This document shows positions 57,046 through 64,000 of a DNA stretch of 64,000 bases, piece by piece; the first letter of the stretch is position 1; every line of letters begins with the position of its first letter. The DNA comes from Candidatus Woesearchaeota archaeon. Its GTDB lineage: Archaea > Nanobdellota > Nanobdellia > Pacearchaeales > GW2011-AR1. The notes under the pieces were generated by a model. The model made no database searches, had not been told where the DNA came from, and worked only from the letters and a program-made list of their open reading frames with translations. The stretch is from positions 8,248-72,247 of the forward strand of contig CAZGIL010000001.1 of NCBI GenBank assembly GCA_964526265.1, in the 5' to 3' direction. A program made the position numbers and the translations under genes.

Positions 57046-58300
57046 GTTCTCCGACCATATTGGTTAACATAAGTTTTTTAATTTCTTCTTTGTCTTGGGT
57101 TTTAGCCAATACATATCCCAGTTTAACAAAAGCGGTTTCAGAAAGCATATCTTCTAGATAAATCACTCCCGCTTTAAGAATTTCTCTTCCATTAGAATAA
57201 ACAAGAGGATCCAATCTCCCATAAATTGTCTGAGCAGCCGCACATACAATCAAACCCTTACCAATAACTTCTTTCAGTTTTTTGGTCCATCCTTTTCTAG
57301 AACGCATAGTTGGAACATGTCCCAATCCTCCAACCTCCAAAACAATTCCCTTATATTTTTTCTTAAGATAGTAATCCAAAATATCCGGATCTTGCCCCGG
57401 ATAAACCTTAACTAAAGCAACATCCTCTTCTATCTTAAAATCACCCTTAACATTATTTTTATTTCTAACATGATAATCAGAAAGAGGTTCAATCCTATCA
57501 GAGTAAATCTTAGCAAAGGGTTTATCGTTTATTGATTTGAAAGCATCTCTTTTAGAAGAATGTAATTTTCTAACTTTAGTTCCACGCATTGCATAACAAA
57601 AATCATCATTCGTTGAAGCATGCCCGACAAGCATAACTTCCGCAATATCCGAAATTGCAGCGAGAGCGGAACATTTCAAATTTAAATTTGCATCGGAAGA
57701 GGCTCTATCCACACTTCTCTGACTGTACGTTAAAACAACCGGTTTGTTTAGTTTTCCTAAAAAGAAACTCAGCGCAGCAGAAGTATAATGTAAGAAATCC
57801 GTCCCATGAGTTACAATAACTCCCCTAATATTTTCATCATTCAGAAGTTTCTCAACAGTTTGTCCAACTTTTTTCCAATCCCCAAAATCCATATCTTCTG
57901 ATGCTTTCATAAAAGGAACTTCAACTTTCAGAACGTTTACCTTTTCAAAAAGTTCAGGATAAAATTTAAACAAACTTTCAGGATCAGTTAACCAGTCAAC
58001 ACCCCCTTTCTTAGGATTTAACCGTGCGGCAATAGTCCCTCCGGTAATAACCATAGCGATATTTGGTTTTGAGGAGTCTTTCTTAATTACAACCTCTTCT
58101 TTTTGTTCTGAAACTTTTTCAATAACTCTAATTTCATTAACTTCTTTTTTCAAAACTCCAACATTATACCCAGAAGACAGCTTAACAAGAATTATCTCTT
58201 TTTCATCGGAAGGAGTCTCTAAAAGAGTTCCCTCATAAATTCTCTTACCTAAATCAACTTCAACCAAATCCCCTGGAACAGCATTAAACTTTTTAGTCAT
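57023..58300 (-). CDS. gatD: Glutamyl-tRNA(Gln) amidotransferase subunit D (asparaginase-like)
   Basis: N-terminal AsnRS-like beta domain (VPGDLVEVD...YEGTLLE). Asparaginase motifs VITGGTIAA and HGTD. ~425 aa. Confidence 0.8.
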   Translation of the reverse strand: MTKKFNAVPGDLVEVDLGKRIYEGTLLETPSDEKEIILVKLSSGYNVGVLKKEVNEIRVIEKVSEQKEEVVIKKDSSKPNIAMVITGGTIAARLNPKKGGVDWLTDPESLFKFYPELFEKVNVLKVEVPFMKASEDMDFGDWKKVGQTVEKLLNDENIRGVIVTHGTDFLHYTSAALSFFLGKLNKPVVLTYSQRSVDRASSDANLNLKCSALAAISDIAEVMLVGHASTNDDFCYAMRGTKVRKLHSSKRDAFKSINDKPFAKIYSDRIEPLSDYHVRNKNNVKGDFKIEEDVALVKVYPGQDPDILDYYLKKKYKGIVLEVGGLGHVPTMRSRKGWTKKLKEVIGKGLIVCAAAQTIYGRLDPLVYSNGREILKAGVIYLEDMLSETAFVKLGYVLAKTQDKEEIKKLMLTNMVGELNNRLEE

Positions 58301-58331
58301 AATTATTCAAATAGAAGAACATATAAAAATG

Positions 58332-58793
58332 TTATGAAAATTTTTCAGCAAGAAAATCAAAGAATCTTCTTTTTTCTATTTCCGCTTCTTCAACATTTCC
58401 CGAGGCGTGAATAACATTATCCACTGGCCTTCCTTGACTGAGCGCAACATCAAGGGAATCTATGCTAAAATATCCCCTCAATCTTCCTCCCGCCTTTTGG
58501 GGATCTGTTGGACCAATCACGCCACGAACTCTTTGAATTATGTTTTCTCCAGAATAAATCGCCAAGACAATCCCGTTTTCTGTCATTTGAAGTGCGTATT
58601 GACTAATCATTTCTTGAGGAATATGTGCATAGTGTTCACAAATCAATTCTTTAGAGGGATGAAAATAAAAGGGCCCAATAGAACGAATAAATCCCCCTCC
58701 AAGTTTATTTTCCAAAAAGCCAAAAATATCTTCACACTTTTTAGAATCAGTTGAATGGGGAGGTTTAATAAAAACCAAAGTTTCCTCTATCAT
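58332..58793 (-). CDS. ndk: Nucleoside diphosphate kinase
   Basis: ETLVFIKP. Active-site region NVIHASGNVEEAEIE (NxxHGSD box). Confidence 0.8.
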   Translation of the reverse strand: MIEETLVFIKPPHSTDSKKCEDIFGFLENKLGGGFIRSIGPFYFHPSKELICEHYAHIPQEMISQYALQMTENGIVLAIYSGENIIQRVRGVIGPTDPQKAGGRLRGYFSIDSLDVALSQGRPVDNVIHASGNVEEAEIEKRRFFDFLAEKFS

Positions 58794-58794
58794 C

Positions 58795-59151
58795 TTAAAT
58801 CTTCTTTACACATTCGCAAGCTTTCAAGCCTTTGTTAAGAGCAGCATTCGTTGACTTAAACTTAATGATACTTTTTGGCATGATGTTCTTTGCAAAAGGA
58901 CAACTTGGAACATGAAAACTTTTTCCGGTTTTAGAAGCAACATAAGTTTTACTCCGTGTCGGAGCTCTAACAACTTTCACCTTTTTGGAATCAACTTTCT
59001 TTTCTAAATTCCTTTCACTTCTCAGCAATTCGGAAATCATCTGCATTAATTCGGCCTGCTTTCCAGAAATCTCAAGGATATTAGCTTGTAAAGACAAGAT
59101 ATCTGTCTTAACTCTTGAAAAAGATTCTTTTAATCCCTTATCATTTACCAT
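58795..59151 (-). CDS. Coiled-coil protein with C-terminal Ada-type Zn-binding domain
   Basis: FHVPSCPFAKNIMPKSIIKFKSTNAALNKGLKACECV resembles the Ada N-terminal metal-binding domain pattern (H-x-x-C...F....A...G...C..C). Confidence 0.4.
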   Translation of the reverse strand: MVNDKGLKESFSRVKTDILSLQANILEISGKQAELMQMISELLRSERNLEKKVDSKKVKVVRAPTRSKTYVASKTGKSFHVPSCPFAKNIMPKSIIKFKSTNAALNKGLKACECVKKI

Positions 59152-59262
59152 AAATTCCCAAGCAAAAACCCCTATTTAAATATTTCTATATTGTAACTCT
59201 TATTAAATTACAACATATTAAACAAACAACAACTTAATAAACTTATTTTCTTTTTTCGTATA

Positions 59263-60618
59263 ATGGTGAAAATAGGGTTAGAAATTCATGGCTATCTAGA
59301 TACAAAAGAGAAATTATTCTGCAAATGTAAAGCAATTCACGGAGCAAAAAACACAAAACCAAACACCCAGATATGTCCTATATGCACCGGACAACCCGGA
59401 GCGAAGCCACTCCTCCCAAACTCAAAAGCAATAAAAAAAGCAATTCAAATTTCTCTCATTTTAGGATGCAAAGTAAATCAAAAGCTTGTCTGGCAAAGAA
59501 AACATTACGACTGGCCAGACATGCCCAAGGGATATCAAAACACCATTTCGGGACCACATTCGACTCCAAACGGAACTAAGGGAAAATTCTTAGGAATAAA
59601 TATAACAGAATGCCATCTTGAAGAAGACCCCGCGGCATGGAACCCCAAAACAGGAGCGATAGACTACAATCGTTCTGGTTCACCGCTAATAGAAATCGTT
59701 ACCGCCCCAGAGTTCAAATCTTCAGAAGAAGTTACAAATTGGCTTAAGCAACTCATAGCTACCCTCTCTTACATAAAATCAATAGACAAAAAAGCCGGAT
59801 TGAAGGCAGACGTTAATGTTTCTGTTCCTGGAGGTAAGAGAGTTGAAGTAAAAAATATTAATTCTCTTAATAATATTAAAAACGCAATCGAGTATGAAAT
59901 CAAAAGACAAACAGAAAAACTTCCAAAAGAACAAGAAACAAGAAGATACGATGAATTAAAAAACAAAACAGAAAAAATGCGTTCAAAGGAGCAAACAGAA
60001 GATTACAGATTCATTTCCGACCCAGATTTACCCTCGATAAACATAGAAAAATCAAGAATAGAAAACATAAAGAAACAGCTCCCCGAAACTCCCCAACAAA
60101 AACTATCTAAACTAATAAAGAAACACAAGATAAATCCTAAATCCGCAGAAGTCTTAACCAAAAAGCTAGAGATTGTAGAATTCTTTGAAAAAATAATCTC
60201 TAAAGTTAATCCAAAACTTGCAGTTAGATGGGTAACAGAAGAACTTCTAAGTGTATTAAATTACACAAAGAAAGAGTTTGATGAGATAAAAATAGATTCA
60301 AATCACTTCATAGAACTTCTAGATTTAATAGAAAAAAAGATTATAACGGAGTTAAAAGCAAAGGATATTCTAAGAAGCTGGAATGAAGAATCAACCTCTC
60401 CAAAAAAGCACATAAAATCTGCTTCAACAATCTCGAACAAAGACGAAATAGAGAAACTAGCAAAGAAAGTAATAAAGGAAAATTCAAAGGCTGTCTCAGA
60501 CTTCAAATCCGGACAGCAAAACGCTCTTAACTTCTTAGTTGGGCAGGTTATGAGATTAAGTAATAAGCGTGCGGATTTTAAGACAGCTAAAGATATTCTT
60601 GAAAAATTATTAGAGTAG
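59263..60618 (+). CDS. gatE: GatB/GatE-family amidotransferase subunit; likely a GatE partner of GatD, but unusually short (451 aa)
   Basis: N-terminal GLEIHGYLDTKEKLFCKCK. C-terminal YqeY-like tail. Divergently placed beside gatD. Lacks the ~150-aa insertion typical of GatE. Confidence 0.5.
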   Translation: MVKIGLEIHGYLDTKEKLFCKCKAIHGAKNTKPNTQICPICTGQPGAKPLLPNSKAIKKAIQISLILGCKVNQKLVWQRKHYDWPDMPKGYQNTISGPHSTPNGTKGKFLGINITECHLEEDPAAWNPKTGAIDYNRSGSPLIEIVTAPEFKSSEEVTNWLKQLIATLSYIKSIDKKAGLKADVNVSVPGGKRVEVKNINSLNNIKNAIEYEIKRQTEKLPKEQETRRYDELKNKTEKMRSKEQTEDYRFISDPDLPSINIEKSRIENIKKQLPETPQQKLSKLIKKHKINPKSAEVLTKKLEIVEFFEKIISKVNPKLAVRWVTEELLSVLNYTKKEFDEIKIDSNHFIELLDLIEKKIITELKAKDILRSWNEESTSPKKHIKSASTISNKDEIEKLAKKVIKENSKAVSDFKSGQQNALNFLVGQVMRLSNKRADFKTAKDILEKLLE

Positions 60619-60624
60619 TTTTCT

Positions 60625-60705
60625 TTTACACTGTAGCTTTTCTTTTCCTAAAAGAAAAACCCATTTTCTACCACTGTAGGTTCTTTTCTTCTAAAAAAGA
60701 ACCCC
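60625..60705. repeat. Two tandem ~40-nt units, each CACTGTAG(G/C)T followed by a perfect 9-bp-stem hairpin (bidirectional terminator candidates)
   Basis: Unit 1 is cactgtagc-TTTTCTTTT-cct-AAAAGAAAA. Unit 2 is ccactgtag-GTTCTTTT-cttcta-AAAAGAAC. They lie between the gatE-like stop and the 3' end of the minus-strand tRNA. Confidence 0.4.
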
Positions 60706-60709
60706 ACTA

Positions 60710-60828
60710 TGAGCCCGGAAGGAATCGAACCTTCGTTTCCTGGTATCTCCAAGGTTTCTCGTGACTCTAACCCTATTTCACGAACCCCTTGCCGAAGCCA
60801 AGTGTTCTATCCACTGAACTACGGGCCC
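60710..60828 (-). tRNA. tRNA-Arg (anticodon TCG) with ~45-nt intron at the canonical position; CCA not encoded
   Basis: Reverse complement: GGGCCCG-TA-GTTC-AGTGGAT-AGAAC-A-CTTGG-CTTCGG|intron|A-CCAGG-AAAC-GAAGG-TTCGATT-CCTTC-CGGGCTC-A. Confidence 0.65.
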
Positions 60829-61331
60829 CCGAATGACAGCTTTGCTGACGTTCGCTCGGAATGAAAATTCCGATTAATCTATTATCCCAGAAAACAGCTA
60901 GCTTTTTATATCTTAAGTTTTGTCCAATTGGATATGTAGCGTACTAACCAGTACGCAGTATCACTCCTTCTCTTTCAAAGCTAGTTTTTTGAAACTACCG
61001 CTTCAAGCTCGTATTCAAGCCGAAGGGTAACTTCAAGCAACTGGTTAAGTTCTCTTTCAAGAACTACTTCATCACTTGCTTGCATTTGTTGGTATGCTTG
61101 TTCCATTTTTTTAGTTGCAAGCCACAATATTATTCAAAAACCTTAAGAGTCTAAATTAATTAAGAACCATTCCTCAATTCAATCCAAACCCAAAAGAAAA
61201 TTGAACTAAATTGAGGCTAACTTGGGTTTATAGACTAAGCCGTATGTAAAACAAATCATATTCCACATCGAGTTATGCCTACTTACCATTAATGTATATA
61301 ACAAAAAGAAGTTTAAATATTTATTGGTGAT

Positions 61332-62372
61332 TTAGTTAACTAACGCTTCCAGCCTCTCCCTAAACCTCTCCAAATCATCCATTTTAACCATCGCTCCAAC
61401 AGCGTCGTCATGCCCCCCGCCCGTAGCACCCTCAATTCCCTCAATTGCCTCGAGGATAAATTTCTTAACACCCTTCCCCCGTGCAGAAATATTCACCTTA
61501 ACCCCCGACAGGTAAGCAATAACAATAATCTTATCCGGAAAAAGATAACTCAGTTCATTTGAAATATCTGCGCTTATACTCATACTTCCACTATACTTAA
61601 AAAATAAAAGTTTAGAATCATCAATTTGGGAAGATGCTTTCTGAATAAATTTATCCGCCTTGCTTTTTATCTCCTTAAACCGTTTATGCATAAATTGATT
61701 TTTAGTACCCTCTTCTAAAACATCTTGAGGAGATTTTGCCTTCATAAGAAGCTTAAGCATGTTTATTACATTGGTAGTCCTATCCATCAAGCCATAACCA
61801 AGTATTCTCACCATCTTTCCAAGCTCAGAACGATAATAAATTTCAAAAGCATCTTCAGAATTTATTGACAAATGGGGGTATTGTTTCATAAACTCGGAGT
61901 AAAATTCTGGAATAAATCTATCCGCGATACATCCTGCAACCGCAATCCACAAATCTTCTTTTTTTTGAGTTATCTCATAACACCAATAAGTAACCGGCTC
62001 TGAAGTTTTCTTTGAGTTAAGAAGGGGATTATAATAGTTAACAAATTTAGGAACACTCTTCATGTCAATTTCGTGATGGTCTATCCACACAACAGGGATA
62101 TTTACCTGTTCGACCTCTTTAAAAAATTCTTCGGAAACAACGGGCTTATCCAAGATAAAAATATAATCCGCGTTCAACTCTTTCACTCTTCTAAAATAAT
62201 CTTTGGTCATTGCCGGAAAAGATTTTACCGGAACTCCCCTTCCTCTTTCTATATATCTCTGCAAAAGCAGAAAACTACACAAACCATCCTGGTCATTATC
62301 AAAGAAGAATACCGGATTTTGAGCCCTTTCCAAGTGCTCTTTTATCTCTTCCATCTGTTTTTGGTTTAACAT
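61332..62372 (-). CDS. DHH-DHHA1 family phosphoesterase, paralogue 2
   Basis: Motif I FFFDNDQDGLCS. DHH VVWIDHHE. DHHA1 GGGHDDAVGA. Same 346-aa length as the ORF at 47458..48498. Confidence 0.7.
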   Translation of the reverse strand: MLNQKQMEEIKEHLERAQNPVFFFDNDQDGLCSFLLLQRYIERGRGVPVKSFPAMTKDYFRRVKELNADYIFILDKPVVSEEFFKEVEQVNIPVVWIDHHEIDMKSVPKFVNYYNPLLNSKKTSEPVTYWCYEITQKKEDLWIAVAGCIADRFIPEFYSEFMKQYPHLSINSEDAFEIYYRSELGKMVRILGYGLMDRTTNVINMLKLLMKAKSPQDVLEEGTKNQFMHKRFKEIKSKADKFIQKASSQIDDSKLLFFKYSGSMSISADISNELSYLFPDKIIVIAYLSGVKVNISARGKGVKKFILEAIEGIEGATGGGHDDAVGAMVKMDDLERFRERLEALVN

Positions 62373-62422
62373 CTCACAAATAAAACAAAAAGGTATTTAA
62401 GTTTACCTTTACTAAAAAAGAT

Positions 62423-62725
62423 ATGCCAAAAAAAGAGGAAAGATTAAGTAAAAAAAAGAAACTGAGAATTCACCTTAGTTTTATAACAATTGCCGCTGTT
62501 TTGGCTGTTCTAATAGGAACAATCGCCTTCCATTATATAGAAGATTTTTCTTGGCTTGATTCTTTTTATTTCAGCGGAATGACCCTAACAACGGTGGGCT
62601 ATGGAGATTTTTACCCCGTAACCGCATTAGGAAAGATTTTTTCTGTAGTATATATTTTTCTAGGATTAGGGATAATTCTTTCTTTTGTACAATATCTTGT
62701 AAAAAAAGTTCACCATAGGAACTAA
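62423..62725 (+). CDS. Minimal 2-TM potassium channel subunit (Ion_trans_2)
   Basis: Selectivity filter TLTTVGYGD between two TM helices. 100 aa. Confidence 0.75.
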   Translation: MPKKEERLSKKKKLRIHLSFITIAAVLAVLIGTIAFHYIEDFSWLDSFYFSGMTLTTVGYGDFYPVTALGKIFSVVYIFLGLGIILSFVQYLVKKVHHRN

Positions 62726-63759
62726 TCAACAATTTCTGTTTTCAACTTCTTATATCCAAAAAAATCGGTGGTGTAATTATATGCCCCCGCATTCAAAAAG
62801 ACAATCTTATCTCCAACTTTAAAATCTTCTCTTAATCTAACTCTATATCTAAAAATATCATCCCTCGTTGGAGAATTCCCCTTAATCAAGAATTCCCTCC
62901 CAGACGCCTCTTTTCCCAATTCCCCCTCAACCAACATCTTTGTATTTGTAAGAACATTATCCAAAGCACAATTATATACTGTGGTATTAATAATCAAATT
63001 ATTATCATAAATCTGAATTATTTTTACTTCAAGTTTAACGCAAGGAGCAGCCAAAAATCTCCCGGGCTCAATCCATGTTTCAATGTTTTTATCAGCAAGC
63101 CACTCTTTTGCCTCCCTCAATTTTTTAAAAATATAATCAAAAACCTCTACATTAGAACTTCTATAAACCGAAGGCAAACCCCCTCCTAAATTAACAAAAC
63201 CGATTTCTTTAAGACTTTCTTCACTAAGGGAATCCTTCAAATCCGAAACAATATCCCACTCAGAGACATTCTGTGACTTTCGATGAATATGTACCCCCAA
63301 TCTTTCAACAAATTCATTTCCTTTAACCTTCCCAATCAGCTCATTAACCTTCATAGAAGACATTCCATAAACGAAGTACTTTCCAGTTCCGATTCTATGC
63401 TCTCTAAACTTCATTCTTAGAGATAAACTAATTTTAATCTTCTTTTCTCCAATTACTCTTAACAACCGTTCCAAATCAACTTCATTATCAACAACAAGTT
63501 TTCTAATTCCCAAATCCAAAAGCTCTTCCAACTCTTTCTCATTTTCAGCCTGAGTAAAAAACCAAATCTTTTTTTTATCTTTTATATCTTCAATCTCCTC
63601 TCTAGCATGAATTGAAAAATCACAATCAGAAATTTCTTGCAAAACCTTTCCAACCTCTCGGTTTGTTTTATATGAATAGGAAACCCCCAATCCCAAATCT
63701 TCCAGCTTTCCAACTTGTTCCAAAAGGATCTTTTTTGATAAGATAAATTTAGCTTCCAT
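62722..63759 (-). CDS. PLP-dependent decarboxylase, fold-type III (Orn/DAP/Arg decarboxylase family)
   Basis: PLP-Lys region SYSYKTN (cf. FYAVKAN). GGGLP. EPGRFL. C-terminal GAYNYT (GAY box). 345 aa is short for the family. Confidence 0.65.
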   Translation of the reverse strand: MEAKFILSKKILLEQVGKLEDLGLGVSYSYKTNREVGKVLQEISDCDFSIHAREEIEDIKDKKKIWFFTQAENEKELEELLDLGIRKLVVDNEVDLERLLRVIGEKKIKISLSLRMKFREHRIGTGKYFVYGMSSMKVNELIGKVKGNEFVERLGVHIHRKSQNVSEWDIVSDLKDSLSEESLKEIGFVNLGGGLPSVYRSSNVEVFDYIFKKLREAKEWLADKNIETWIEPGRFLAAPCVKLEVKIIQIYDNNLIINTTVYNCALDNVLTNTKMLVEGELGKEASGREFLIKGNSPTRDDIFRYRVRLREDFKVGDKIVFLNAGAYNYTTDFFGYKKLKTEIVD

Positions 63760-63760
63760 T

Positions 63761-64000
63761 TTAACGTATTGATTTTAAAAATTCTAAATGTTTTTTTGAT
63801 TGAGGATTATACAACATTTTTCTTCCTAGAGTTTTAATGTAAGCTGAAATTTCAAGCGTTAATACCTTATCTGGAGAATTTCTTAATCTTCTCAGGGTGT
63901 TTCCCACACCATAAAAATCTTCATACATCTCAAAAATTGTTTTTTGGAGTTCAAAAGGAGTGAAATTTCTTGGTCTTGTGACAACATGTTGCCCATCATA
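63761..64000 (-). CDS. Hypothetical protein, C-terminal fragment (gene continues beyond window end)
   Basis: Hand translation gives ...TRPRNFTPFELQKTIFEMYEDFYGVGNTLRRLRNSPDKVLTLEISAYIKTLGRKMLYNPQSKKHLEFLKSIR*. The stop lies 2 nt after the decarboxylase start codon. Confidence 0.4.
   Translation of the reverse strand, partial: YDGQHVVTRPRNFTPFELQKTIFEMYEDFYGVGNTLRRLRNSPDKVLTLEISAYIKTLGRKMLYNPQSKKHLEFLKSIR

Noticed and set aside
1-64000. CRISPR arrays, IS elements, integrases, rRNA
   Set aside because: No spaced direct-repeat array, no transposase- or integrase-like translation and no rRNA-like conserved stretch were seen in any frame or intergenic region. The only tandem repeat is the two-unit hairpin motif at 60625..60705.

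Overview
This window reads as a compact, AT-rich (about one-third GC) archaeal chromosome segment, probably from a small-genome DPANN-like archaeon. That is suggested by gene content and is not proven. Coding is dense on both strands. Archaeal information-processing genes dominate: CDC48, TFS, RpoL, TBP, MCM, an ATP-dependent DNA ligase, topoisomerase IA, aRF1, aIF2-beta, aIF1A, NAC, ribosomal protein L15e and Sec61-beta. It also carries MetRS, AspRS, a Val/Ile-type synthetase, and both tRNA-dependent amidotransferases (gatCAB and gatDE). Cell-division genes (FtsZ, MinD, ScpB) and glycosylation genes (a Dpm1-like GT2, a GT-C and a second GT2) are present. Four tRNA genes were found by hand; three carry introns. 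tRNA-Asn appears to carry two introns, one of them at a non-canonical position in the D-loop. No CRISPR array, rRNA, transposase or obvious prophage was seen. Points worth follow-up: a DisA-type diadenylate cyclase with two DHH-DHHA1 phosphoesterase paralogs; a tightly coupled MCM-NUDIX-ATPase-OB/wH operon; a MetRS whose tRNA-binding domain is a separate gene; a Nre-RadB repair pair; a tandem pair of unknown paralogs; a cysteine-repeat surface glycoprotein; a few compositionally odd orphan ORFs; and several unannotated small ORFs and tandem hairpin repeats. All protein calls come from motif recognition by eye on the supplied translations. No database search was run.
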